Notes: generated by a model from the sequence alone, not told the origin. A stretch of DNA of 64,000 bases from Fimbriimonadaceae bacterium (GCA_020850355.1 JADZEX010000048.1:13508-77507); one strand, 5' to 3'. Shown: positions 36,843 to 46,340, numbered from the stretch's first letter. Program-made: numbers and translations.

Positions 36843-38279
36843 ATGGACTCAGCGCTCGTCAACGAGAGCAGCCAGCGGGTGATCGACTTGACCGGTTCGT
36901 GGGCCCTCGGGGGCGCCTACAGTGTGTCGGAGGCCGACCTCGACATCCGCCACACCTCCAGCGGGCTCGCCGCCACGCTGCCGGTCGGCTGGCGGGTGCA
37001 TCTGCCGACCCACTCCGGGGTGCGCTACACCCACATCCCCGAGGGCTGGTCGACCGTGGTGCCCTTGGCGACGCAATGCGTCGTCTTCGAGAACGGCCGG
37101 CGCTTCATCAACCTCACCTGCCGCGAGCCGGAGTATGCTCCCTGCGAGCTGGAAGTCGCCAGCGATGGCGGGCGCGCGCAACTGACCTGGCACTTTCCTG
37201 CGACCCAGCCGCCGCTCTTCCGCTGCCTGACCTTCGACTGCTGGGCCGACCTGATCGATGACCACCGCGACTGGATGGCGCACCACGCGGGCGTTCAGCC
37301 GTTCACGGAGACTGCGCCAGAATGGTTGCAGCAATGCCCGTTGGTGGTCTTCATTGATATCGAGACCCTGGCCGGCGATGGGCTGCACCACAGCTTCGAG
37401 GATGTCAGTGCCCTGGCGCAGACCCTGGCCGAGGTCGGGGCGCCGGCCGGGACACTGGTCTATCTGACCACCTGGAACGCCGGTTGGGAGCGCAGTTGGC
37501 CCACCTACGAGGCGAGCCGGCTGGCCGGTGGCCTGGAGGCCCTGGCGGCCGGTGCGGCGGCGCTGCACCAGCACGGCTATCGACTGATGCTGCACGCCAA
37601 CCTGTGGGGCGTCTCGCCGTACCACCCCGAGTACACCAGCCTGGTCAGCTCCACCGTCCACAACCGCGCTGGGCACCTGCTCGGCTGGCGCGAGTTCCAC
37701 CGCCACACCACCAGCGAGTACCATTACCTGCGCCCCGACGCCCGCGCCTACCGCGAGCTCTTCTGGGGCAGCCTCGGGCAGGTCGTCGCAGACGTCGGGC
37801 CGGACGCGCTCTATCTCGACCAGACCGGGCTGCTGGTCGACGATCCGACCTTCGACATTCTGGCCAGTACCCGGCGGCTGCTTGGGATCATCAAGCAGGA
37901 CTGCCCGGACCTGGTGCTCGGTGGGCAGGTGCTGACCAGCCGGCTCTGCGACCTGGTGCCGCTCTGGCAGCTCTGGGGCACGCCCTGGTCGGGCCACGGC
38001 TGGGGCCAGCCCTTCCGGCGCCGCTCGTCGTTGCTGACCGACCTGTTCCGCGGCTCAGCCCGCTTCTGCGCCCACCTGCACTTGCCCGCGGCGGTGCCGG
38101 GACGCTTCCTCTGGACCCACGAAGCGTTTGCCAATGACCTGGGCATGGTTGGCGGCTTCTTGGCGGCGCAGGAAGACAACAGCTACCACAACGCCATTCC
38201 GTCGCTGCGGCTGAACTACCGCGAACATGGGGTCGATCAACTGAGCTACGAGGTGATCGAGCAACTGCTCGGCGCCTGA
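36843..38279 (+). CDS. hypothetical TIM-barrel-like putative glycoside hydrolase
   Basis: GAGGA SD and coding GC3. HRDWMAHH...LVYLTTWN...HGYRLMLHANLWG...ALYLDQTG echoes the YRDWLASW...GFYIDQYG layout of the C-terminal half of the 2878-6480 protein. Confidence 0.7.
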   Translation: MDSALVNESSQRVIDLTGSWALGGAYSVSEADLDIRHTSSGLAATLPVGWRVHLPTHSGVRYTHIPEGWSTVVPLATQCVVFENGRRFINLTCREPEYAPCELEVASDGGRAQLTWHFPATQPPLFRCLTFDCWADLIDDHRDWMAHHAGVQPFTETAPEWLQQCPLVVFIDIETLAGDGLHHSFEDVSALAQTLAEVGAPAGTLVYLTTWNAGWERSWPTYEASRLAGGLEALAAGAAALHQHGYRLMLHANLWGVSPYHPEYTSLVSSTVHNRAGHLLGWREFHRHTTSEYHYLRPDARAYRELFWGSLGQVVADVGPDALYLDQTGLLVDDPTFDILASTRRLLGIIKQDCPDLVLGGQVLTSRLCDLVPLWQLWGTPWSGHGWGQPFRRRSSLLTDLFRGSARFCAHLHLPAAVPGRFLWTHEAFANDLGMVGGFLAAQEDNSYHNAIPSLRLNYREHGVDQLSYEVIEQLLGA

Positions 38280-38292
38280 ACCGCGGCAGCGC

Positions 38293-39048
38293 TCAGAGGG
38301 CGTCGCTGATGGTCACCGCGATGGTCCGCTCATACGGGCCCAGGATCACGCGCAGTTGGCCGCGGCCGGCGCGCACCGCGGTGAACCGGCCGTGGGCGGT
38401 GATCACGCCCACCCCACCGCGCAGGATGTAGCTCGGCACAATCGCCGGCGGGGCGCCCCCAGCCAGCGCGACCTGAATCTGCACCGCCTGGCCGACCCGC
38501 AGGTTGATCTGCTCGGGAGCGACGGTCACATCGCTGAGGCCGTTGTAGCTCAACCCGCCGGGGAGTGGCGCCGAGACGATGTAGTACTCGTCGGCCTCGC
38601 CGACGTTGAGGGTGTAGATGCTGGTGGTCAGCCCGGTCGCCGCGAGGGGGCTGATCACCACCCGGACCGCACCCGTCGGGAAGGACGTGGCGCTGAACTC
38701 GCCGCTGGCGCTGGAGGTCACCTTCACCGTGCCGGGGACCTCGCCCCCGACGTTGGTGCCGCCTCCGCCGCTGCCGCCGCCCCCGCTGCCACCGCCGCCG
38801 CCGTCATCCCAGTCGGGAGGATCGGGCGGGTTGGTCTGATCGTCGGTCAGGCGGCTGGCGCTAACCGGCTGGAACCGCACCGTGGTCCCCGGCAGCGTGA
38901 CGTTGGCGTTGTCGCCGCGGACGATCAGCCCCACGGCGCGCGTCGGGCCGGGGGGGATGCTCCCACCGGTCAGCCCCGCGCCACAGCCCGGTAGCCAGAC
39001 CGGGCCGCTGACCGCCACGATCAGCAACCAGCGCACGATGCGCCGCAC
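38293..39048 (-). CDS. lipoprotein with Gly/Ser linker and C-terminal Big_2-like Ig domain
   Basis: Lipobox VWLPGCG, the linker DDGGGGGSGGGGSGGGG, and a C-terminus (INLRVGQAVQIQV...GVITAHGRFTAVRAGRGQLRV) typical of bacterial Ig-like group 2 domains. Confidence 0.75.
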   Translation of the reverse strand: MRRIVRWLLIVAVSGPVWLPGCGAGLTGGSIPPGPTRAVGLIVRGDNANVTLPGTTVRFQPVSASRLTDDQTNPPDPPDWDDGGGGGSGGGGSGGGGTNVGGEVPGTVKVTSSASGEFSATSFPTGAVRVVISPLAATGLTTSIYTLNVGEADEYYIVSAPLPGGLSYNGLSDVTVAPEQINLRVGQAVQIQVALAGGAPPAIVPSYILRGGVGVITAHGRFTAVRAGRGQLRVILGPYERTIAVTISDAL

Positions 39049-39059
39049 GCGCCACTCCT

Positions 39060-40832
39060 CTAGCTGGCGGCCGCCAGCAACTCGTCGAGCGGCGGCCAGG
39101 CCGCCGCGGCCTGCAGCTCGGCGGCCAGCTCAGCCGCGCCACCGGCGCGCAGGATGCTAAGGCAGGCGGCGCCCGCCGTCAAGCGCTCCTGGTCCTCCAA
39201 GAGAGCGACCTCCAGCCCGTCCTCCAGCAGCCGGTCTTGCTGGGCCAGCAGCCGACGCCAGACCGTCTCGGCAGCGGTCAGGTCGCCGCCCGCCGCGGCC
39301 GCGACCGTGGCCGCCCAGATCAGCTCCCAGCCGTCGACTGCGGCCGCCAGCGCGGTGCCCGCCGCCAGATGCTCCGCGGCCTGCCGCGGATCGGCCTCCA
39401 GGGCTGCCAGCTCCAGGGCGGCCGCGGCCTGCACCCAGCGGGCGCCCAGCGCTTCGCCCTCGGCCGCGGCGCGGCGGGCGTCGGCCAGGGCGCCCGCGTC
39501 GCCGAGCAAGCGCCGCGCCCGTGCTGCTGCAACGCGCAACTGCGCCGTCGTCTTCACCAGTTGATGCCCCTGCGCCGCCGCCAGGCCCTGCTGCGCATGG
39601 TAGAGCGCCTCGTGCCCCTCGCCGCTGCGGCGGTAGGCCTCACTCAAAGCCGCCTGCGCCAGCACCTCGCCACGCAGCGCGCCGAGCGCCAGCGCCGCCG
39701 CCAGGGCGTCCTTGCCCCGTGCCTTGGCGCTGTCCAGTCTGCCTAGACAGGCGTCGAGATCGGCGAGCAGGGCCAGCGCCACGGCGGCCCGTTCGCGATC
39801 GCCGGTCAGGCGGGCCAGCCGCGCCGCTTCGTCCAGGGCGGCCTGCGCCGTGGCCCAGTGGCCGCGCTGGCGCGCGGCGTAGCCCAGGTTCAGCTTGGCT
39901 TCGAGGTGTTGCGGCAGGCAGGCCAGCTCTTCGGCCAGCGGGATCATCTGCGTGGCACTCTGCTGCGCCGCGGCAAAGTCGTCGTGCAGCAGGTAGACAT
40001 TGGCCGTGGCGCCGGCCAGGTAGAGTGCCGCCCACTCGCGTTCGGGGCCGGCGGGTGCCGCCGCGAGCAGGTCGGCGGCGGCCTGCAGCTCGGCCAGGGC
40101 GGCCTCGCCGCGGCCGAGGGCCTCGAACACGTCGGCCCGGCCGAGGTGTCCCCGCCAGGCCCAGGCGAAGCCGCCGCCGGCGATCACCTGGTCGAACTCG
40201 GCCAGTGCCCGGTCACGCTCGCCGAGCCCGGCCAGCGCCGCCCCGAGGGTCTGCCGGGCCGAGCGCTCGCCCGCGCCGTCGCCGAGGCGCCGAAAGCGAT
40301 CGACCGCCCGCGACAGCGCGGCGCGGGTCGCTTCGAAGTCTCCCAGGGCGTGGCAGCAGTTCCCCAGGCGCAACTCGGCGGCCGCCAGCAACGGCTCGTC
40401 ACCCAGCTCGGCGACCCGCTCGGCGAGCCGTTCGCAGGTCCGGCGCTGGGCCGCGTAATCGACCGGGCTGCCCTGCGCTTCGGCCAGGGCGGTGAGCTGC
40501 TCGACGACGTCCTGCCCGCGGCGCTGCTGCCAGGCCTGCCGGGCTGCCGCCAGCTCCTGGCGCAGCCGCTCCAGCTCGGCGTCCCGCGCGGCAGCCGCTG
40601 GCGGCTCGTCAGAGGTGGTGTAGAACCAGGCCAATGGCCGGCCACAGGCGTCGGCGATGGTCTGCAGACGGTCCGGCTGGGCCAGCACCTGGCCCGCCAC
40701 GTACTGGTAAATCAGCGCCCGCGAGCAGCCGATGCGGCGGGCGAGCTCGGCCAGTGACAGCCCAGCGGCCTCGGCCGCCGCTTGGATGCGGCGCCCCTGC
40801 GCGCTGCGACCGTCGCGACTGCCCAGATCCAC
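39060..40832 (-). CDS. XRE-family HTH + TPR-repeat regulator
   Basis: The HTH is GLSLAELARRIGCSRALIYQYVAGQV, followed by about 500 aa of Ala/Leu-rich TPR-like repeats. The start is set at GTG 40832 (GGAG upstream) because GC3 drops and the sequence becomes Arg/Pro junk in the 40833-40985 extension. The start remains uncertain. Confidence 0.7.
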   Translation of the reverse strand: MDLGSRDGRSAQGRRIQAAAEAAGLSLAELARRIGCSRALIYQYVAGQVLAQPDRLQTIADACGRPLAWFYTTSDEPPAAAARDAELERLRQELAAARQAWQQRRGQDVVEQLTALAEAQGSPVDYAAQRRTCERLAERVAELGDEPLLAAAELRLGNCCHALGDFEATRAALSRAVDRFRRLGDGAGERSARQTLGAALAGLGERDRALAEFDQVIAGGGFAWAWRGHLGRADVFEALGRGEAALAELQAAADLLAAAPAGPEREWAALYLAGATANVYLLHDDFAAAQQSATQMIPLAEELACLPQHLEAKLNLGYAARQRGHWATAQAALDEAARLARLTGDRERAAVALALLADLDACLGRLDSAKARGKDALAAALALGALRGEVLAQAALSEAYRRSGEGHEALYHAQQGLAAAQGHQLVKTTAQLRVAAARARRLLGDAGALADARRAAAEGEALGARWVQAAAALELAALEADPRQAAEHLAAGTALAAAVDGWELIWAATVAAAAGGDLTAAETVWRRLLAQQDRLLEDGLEVALLEDQERLTAGAACLSILRAGGAAELAAELQAAAAWPPLDELLAAAS

Positions 40833-41146
40833 GCCGTGTCTCCGACCCCTGTCCCAGCTCGGAGCCGGCCCCCGACGGACCGACTCCGCAGCACCCAAAG
40901 CAGGCGGCCCTGGGGCGGCTGGAACGCAGCACCTTTGGCGCTCCCGTGCCGCAGGCCTGCCGACAACCACTCCAGGGCCGACCAACGCACCCCGTGGGGC
41001 GCCGGAACAAAGCGCTGAACCACCGTGGTGATTCGCGGGCCGTTGCCCATCAGCCGGATCACAGGTCGGTGTGCACGCCCATACGCACCGCCTGCCTTCA
41101 CCCGCCTGAACCGGCCCTCGCCGCCCCGTCCCGTCTCGTTACAGGT

Positions 41147-41175
41147 ACTGTATAGCCAAACTAGACGGTTGTCAA
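41147..41175 (-). promoter_or_regulatory. near-consensus sigma70 promoter TTGACA-N17-TACAGT pointing at the XRE-TPR gene
   Basis: The minus strand reads cctgcTTGACAaccgtctagtttggctaTACAGTacctgt. This is the most AT-rich patch in a 400-bp intergenic region. Confidence 0.5.
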
Positions 41176-41201
41176 GCAGGGCTGATCTTGCGTTTGGGTT
41201 A

Positions 41202-41241
41202 CGATCCGTCCGATCGGTCCGATCGGTCCGGTTGATCGGTC
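41202..41241. repeat. short tandem repeat, about 3.5 x CGATC(C/G)GTC (contains two copies of the 8-bp palindrome CCGATCGG)
   Basis: cgatccgtc cgatcggtc cgatcggtc cggttgatcggtc, read directly. It lies immediately 3' of the hemC stop and about 30 bp upstream of the -35 box at 41170-41175. Confidence 0.7.
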
Positions 41242-41244
41242 AGC

Positions 41245-42174
41245 TCACCCCAGCAGCCGCCCGGCCCCGGCTGCCAGCAGCACGGCCGCCAGGCCGGCGC
41301 CCAACTGCAGCGGCTGGTCGGCACTGCCGACCGCTTCGCGCTCGAGCAGCACGCTGCCGTCGGGGGTTGCCAGGGCGGCGCGGAGCACCAGGGCGTCGCC
41401 GACGACATGGCCGTGGACCCCGAGCGGCACGGCGCAGCCCCCGCCCAGGGCCGCCAGGACGGCCCGCTCGGCGAGCACCGCGGCGCGGCTCGGGGCGTGG
41501 TCGAGTCCGGCCAGCAGTGCCAGCACCCGCGCATCGCCCGCCCGGGCTTCGAGCCCCAGGGCGCCTTGCGCCGGCGCCGGGACGCACCACTCCTGCGACA
41601 GCAGCCGGCTGATGCGGTGGCCCCAGTCGAGCCTGCTCAGCCCGGCCGCCGCCAGCACCAGCGCCTCGTACTGCCCTTCATCGAGCTTCCGCAGCCGGGT
41701 GTCCAGGTTGCCGCGCACCGGGCCAATCGCCAGGTCGGGCCGGCGGTGCTTCAAAAACGCCGCCCGCCGCAGGCTGCTGGTGCCGACCCGCGCCCCCAGC
41801 GGCAGCAGACCGAGCTCGCCCGGCAGGTCGGCCGCGGTCGCCGTCGCCGGCAGCACCAGCGCGTCGAGCGCCTCGACGCGCTCCGGCACCGCTGCCAGCA
41901 GCAGCCCGTCCGGCAGCGTCGTCGGCAGGTCCTTCAGGCTATGCACCGCCAGATCGGCCTGCCCTCCCAGCAGGGCGGCCTCCAGCTCGGCCGTGAAGAG
42001 GCCCTTGCCGCCGATCTCTGGCAGCGGCTGGCTGGTCTGGCGATCGCCGGTCGTGACGTGTTCGTGCAGCTCGACCTCCAGCCCCGGATGCAACGCCTGC
42101 AACGCCGCGACGATCTGTTTGGTCTGCGTCAGCGCCAGCAGGCTGCCCCGCGTGGCGACCACCAGGTCAGGCAT
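41245..42174 (-). CDS. hemC: hydroxymethylbilane synthase (porphobilinogen deaminase)
   Basis: VVATRGSLLALTQT, IGGKGLFTAELE, SLKDLPT, RGNLDTRL and GGCAVP. ATG 42174 is preceded by AAGGAG at 6 nt and overlaps coaE by 8 bp. Confidence 0.9.
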   Translation of the reverse strand: MPDLVVATRGSLLALTQTKQIVAALQALHPGLEVELHEHVTTGDRQTSQPLPEIGGKGLFTAELEAALLGGQADLAVHSLKDLPTTLPDGLLLAAVPERVEALDALVLPATATAADLPGELGLLPLGARVGTSSLRRAAFLKHRRPDLAIGPVRGNLDTRLRKLDEGQYEALVLAAAGLSRLDWGHRISRLLSQEWCVPAPAQGALGLEARAGDARVLALLAGLDHAPSRAAVLAERAVLAALGGGCAVPLGVHGHVVGDALVLRAALATPDGSVLLEREAVGSADQPLQLGAGLAAVLLAAGAGRLLG

Positions 42175-42775
42175 CGGACTCTCCTTCAGCACCTGCCCGC
42201 CGCGTCTGCCAGGCCGTCGCCACCGCGGCCGTCAGCGCCTCCGGCGAGCCGTCGTTGACAATCACCCGCGTCGCCACCGCGCGCGCTGCGGCGAAGTCGC
42301 CCTGGGCGGCGATCCGGCGGGCCGCCTCGGCCGGTGCCAGGCCCCGGGTCTGCTCCAGGCGAGCGGCCCGCAGCGGCGCCGGGGCGGTCACCAACCAGAC
42401 CTCGTGACACCGCCGGTGGTACCCGGCCTCGACCAGCTTGACGGCCTCGATCACCACCACTGGCGCCGGGCAGCTCGCCAGCAACCCCTCCAGGCGAGCC
42501 GTCACGGCTGGATGAATCAGCGCTTCCAGGTCGGCCAACGCAGCGGCGTCGCCAAACACCAGGCCGGCCAGGGCCGCGCGGTCAAGGCTGCCGTCGGGAA
42601 GTTGCAGGTGGGCCCCGAAGCGGGCCAGCACCGCCGCCAGCAGGGCGCTCTGGGGGGCCACCACGTCGCGCGCCAACTGATCGCAGTCGATCACCGCGGC
42701 GCCCTGGCGGGCCAGCCAGCGGGCGACCGTCGACTTGCCACCGGCGATCGGTCCGGTCAGGCCAAGGACTCGCAA
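42167..42775 (-). CDS. coaE: dephospho-CoA kinase
   Basis: The P-loop GLTGPIAGGKST, then AVIDCDQLARDVV and IHPAV. TTG start with a GGAGGG SD. Confidence 0.9.
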   Translation of the reverse strand: MRVLGLTGPIAGGKSTVARWLARQGAAVIDCDQLARDVVAPQSALLAAVLARFGAHLQLPDGSLDRAALAGLVFGDAAALADLEALIHPAVTARLEGLLASCPAPVVVIEAVKLVEAGYHRRCHEVWLVTAPAPLRAARLEQTRGLAPAEAARRIAAQGDFAAARAVATRVIVNDGSPEALTAAVATAWQTRRAGAEGESDA

Positions 42776-42792
42776 AGGCTCCCTCCGCGCCG

Positions 42793-42821
42793 ACGATACC
42801 GCGCCGCCGCCGCGCCGTCAA
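42793..42821 (-). promoter_or_regulatory. sigma70 promoter TTGACG-N17-TATCGT for coaE-hemC
   Basis: The minus strand reads cgcgTTGACGgcgcggcggcggcgcggTATCGTcgg, about 18 nt upstream of the coaE TTG start. Confidence 0.5.
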
Positions 42822-42862
42822 CGCGCCCGGCCAAGGGCGCCATGCTTGGGGTGGGAGGCCCC

Positions 42863-43669
42863 ATGATCCGCCTCGGCACCTCCGGCTACAGTTACCAGGA
42901 CTGGCACCCGCACTTCTACCCGGCTGGCCTGCCCGCCGGCCGGCGGCTGGCCTACTACGCCCAGCACTTCGGCTGTGTCGAGCTGAACGCCAGCTTCTAC
43001 CGCCAGCCGACGGCCGCCGCGGTCGCCCGGCAGGTCGCCACGGTCCCGACCGACTTCCGCTTCGCGGTCAAAGCCTACGGTGGCATCACCCACGACAGCC
43101 CCTGCGCCACCCGCGGCGACTTCGCCGTCTTCGCGGCCGCGCTGCAGCCCTGCCGAGACGCCGGCCAGCTCGGCGCGGTCCTGGCCCAGTTTCCTAACTC
43201 GTTCCGCCCGACCGCCGCCAACACAACCTACCTGCAACATCTGCGCGAGCGGTGGGCCGACCTGCCGGTGGTCGTCGAGTTCCGCCACAGCGCCTGGGAC
43301 GACCCGCGTTACAGCGCTCTGCTGGCCGAGTTGGGCCTCGCCTCGGCGGTGGTCGACCTGCCGCCGTTGGCGGGTCTGCCGGAGCCGCTCGTCAAGGTCA
43401 CGGCAAGGCCGGCGTATCTCCGATTTCACGGTCGCAATGCCGCCCAGTGGTATCAGCATGATCAGGCCTGGGAGCGCTACGACTACCGCTACACCCGCGC
43501 GGAGCTGCGCGAATGGGTGCCGCGCATAAAGACCCTGGCCGCGGAAGCCGATGATCTCTACGTGTTCTTCAACAACCACTACGAGGCGCAGGCAGTGCTC
43601 AACGCGCAGGAGTTGGCAGTGGAACTGGGCTTGAGCGGCGCTGCGGAGAGCTTTGATGGCGAGCAGTGA
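42863..43669 (+). CDS. DUF72 (UPF0759) family protein
   Basis: ORF 41612..43669 trimmed to ATG 42863. IRLGTSGYSYQDWHPHFYP...YYAQHFGCVELNASFYRQP...VEFRHSAW...YVFFNNH is the DUF72 signature. Confidence 0.85.
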   Translation: MIRLGTSGYSYQDWHPHFYPAGLPAGRRLAYYAQHFGCVELNASFYRQPTAAAVARQVATVPTDFRFAVKAYGGITHDSPCATRGDFAVFAAALQPCRDAGQLGAVLAQFPNSFRPTAANTTYLQHLRERWADLPVVVEFRHSAWDDPRYSALLAELGLASAVVDLPPLAGLPEPLVKVTARPAYLRFHGRNAAQWYQHDQAWERYDYRYTRAELREWVPRIKTLAAEADDLYVFFNNHYEAQAVLNAQELAVELGLSGAAESFDGEQ

Positions 43670-44036
43670 ATGCCGGCAGTGCGGTTGTGCGTTGCACGAG
43701 TCCGACGTGCGACAGGTGGCCCTCTACTACCGCCACGAGCGTCCCTCGATGGTCGCCGTGCAGTACGTCTGCCCGCGTTGCGGCGACATCGCCTGGCAGC
43801 AACACGCGCCCGGCGACCTGGAAACCGACCTCACGGCCTGGGCCACCGCCGGGGGGCTGACCGCCGCCGGCTGGGCCGGCCGGCAACAGCAGCCGGGCGA
43901 CCACGCCGTGGTGGTCGAGCCCGCCCCGCCGCCGCCGGTGCCGGTGCTGCCGATCAGCTTGGACGAGTACATCGACTTCGGCTGCCGCTTGGCCCGGCTC
44001 AGCCCGGCCGACCTCAGCGCGCTCCTGGCGGCCTGA
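43656..44036 (+). CDS. small (126-aa) zinc-ribbon-like hypothetical protein
   Basis: CRQC...CPRC (two CxxC pairs 37 residues apart) and about 90% GC3 by hand count. ATG 43656 overlaps the DUF72 stop by 14 nt. Pro-rich middle region. Confidence 0.6.
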   Translation: MASSECRQCGCALHESDVRQVALYYRHERPSMVAVQYVCPRCGDIAWQQHAPGDLETDLTAWATAGGLTAAGWAGRQQQPGDHAVVVEPAPPPPVPVLPISLDEYIDFGCRLARLSPADLSALLAA

Positions 44037-44039
44037 GGC

Positions 44040-44972
44040 TCACTGTCCGGCGATGATGGCGTCCAGCCGCTGGCGGTGCTCCTGCAACGACAGATTGCCG
44101 CCCTCGATGGTCAGCCAGCCCTGGTAGCCGATCGCCTCGATCGTCCGCCGGATGCTCGGCCAGTTGTTGCTACCGTCCCGGATGTTCGCCCAATCGCCGC
44201 CGTGGCCGTCGGGATTCAGCTTGAAGTCCTTCACGTGCAGCTTCACGCTGCGCTGGCCGAGCGCCTCGAGCCAGGTCTCGGTCTTCCCGAACTTGATGTG
44301 GTTGCCAAGGTCGAAGTAGACCTTCACCCAGGGACTGCCGCAGGCATCGACCAGCGCGGCGAAGTGGCGCGGGTCGGTCCAGAGGTTGTTCCAAACGTTC
44401 TCCAGGGCGATGGTCACGCCGCACTGCTCGGCGTACGGGATCAGCTTCTTGACCTGCTCCACCGAGCTGGTCCAAGCGTGGTCGGCCTGCGCGATGTAGT
44501 CGGCCCAGGGGGCGTTGTCGCCGTCAACCACCTGCAGCAGCTTGCCCGTCGCCGGGTCGAACTTGATGTTGAGCTCCCAGGGCTGGGGCATCTTAGCGCC
44601 GATCCGGCAGGGCACCAGCAGCACCGCGTCGGCGCCGTAGGCCTGCGCGGCTTTGAGCGCGTCGACCGTCACGTTGAAGGTCTTCTCGACGTCGGCCGGG
44701 TTGGCGCTGTTGAAGCTGGCCCAGCCGCGGATCACGCTGTGGATCTGCAGACCCAGGCTGGCGGCCGCCTCGCGTGCGGCCTTCGCCTCGTCGACGCTGA
44801 CCACGCCGCCCTCGACCCCGTCGAAGCCAGCTTCTTTGATCGGCTTGAGGTTGTCCAGCGTCGGTTTGCCGACGATCACGGCGCGCTTCAGCCCGGCGGC
44901 GGCGCGCAGCCGGCTGGCGGCCAGGAAGGCGGCCGAGGTGGCCAGGAAAGTGCGGCGGTTGGCGGCAGGCAT
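44040..44972 (-). CDS. Tat-exported sugar phosphate isomerase/epimerase (xylose-isomerase-like TIM barrel)
   Basis: Twin-arginine signal MPAANRRTFLATSAAFLAA. The core has GFDGVE, IALENVWN and VKLHVKDF, typical of AP-endonuclease-2/xylose-isomerase-like barrels. Confidence 0.85.
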   Translation of the reverse strand: MPAANRRTFLATSAAFLAASRLRAAAGLKRAVIVGKPTLDNLKPIKEAGFDGVEGGVVSVDEAKAAREAAASLGLQIHSVIRGWASFNSANPADVEKTFNVTVDALKAAQAYGADAVLLVPCRIGAKMPQPWELNIKFDPATGKLLQVVDGDNAPWADYIAQADHAWTSSVEQVKKLIPYAEQCGVTIALENVWNNLWTDPRHFAALVDACGSPWVKVYFDLGNHIKFGKTETWLEALGQRSVKLHVKDFKLNPDGHGGDWANIRDGSNNWPSIRRTIEAIGYQGWLTIEGGNLSLQEHRQRLDAIIAGQ

Positions 44973-45011
44973 CGGGGTCCTCTCTGGACCCAAGATACCA
45001 CACCGCGGGCC

Positions 45012-45040
45012 TTGGCCCTCCTTGGCGGTTGTGCTACGAT
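45012..45040 (+). promoter_or_regulatory. putative promoter TTGGCC-N17-TACGAT for argG
   Basis: Read directly. It lies about 60 nt upstream of ATG 45104, which has a GGGAGG SD. Confidence 0.4.
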
Positions 45041-45103
45041 GCTCGTTCCGCCCAACAAAGGTCCGGGCGGGCGTCGCTTTGGGCGACGGGAGGCAGTAGA
45101 CCG

Positions 45104-46315
<1,212 letters not shown>

Positions 46316-46316
46316 T

Positions 46317-46340
46317 CGCCGGAACGGCCCGGCGCGTTTC
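46317..46340 (+). terminator. weak candidate intrinsic terminator after argG
   Basis: cgccgg-aacggc-ccggcg (6-bp stem) followed by cgtttc. The T tract is short, so support is weak. Confidence 0.25.

Noticed and set aside
38748-38805. A GC-only low-complexity DNA stretch (gccgcc/gctgcc repeats) that looks like a microsatellite.
   Set aside because: It is in frame within the lipoprotein gene and encodes the GGGGGSGGGGSGGGG linker. It is a coding low-complexity region rather than a separate repeat element, though it could be length-variable.
40712-41101. A 129-aa minus-strand ORF overlapping the start of the XRE-TPR gene in another frame.
   Set aside because: It has moderately high GC3 but a featureless Arg/Gly-rich translation. 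It would overlap the regulator's HTH-coding region by more than 100 nt. No SD or start context supports it.
40833-41146. A known housekeeping ncRNA (RNase P RNA, 4.5S/SRP RNA, tmRNA, 6S) in the long intergenic region.
   Set aside because: Neither strand has a GGAAAGTCC-type RNase P motif or a tRNA-like tmRNA end. The sequence CAGGCGGGTGAAGGCAGG superficially resembles SRP helix 8, but the 3' side does not pair to close a GNRA loop. 6S cannot be excluded by eye; see the leader finding.
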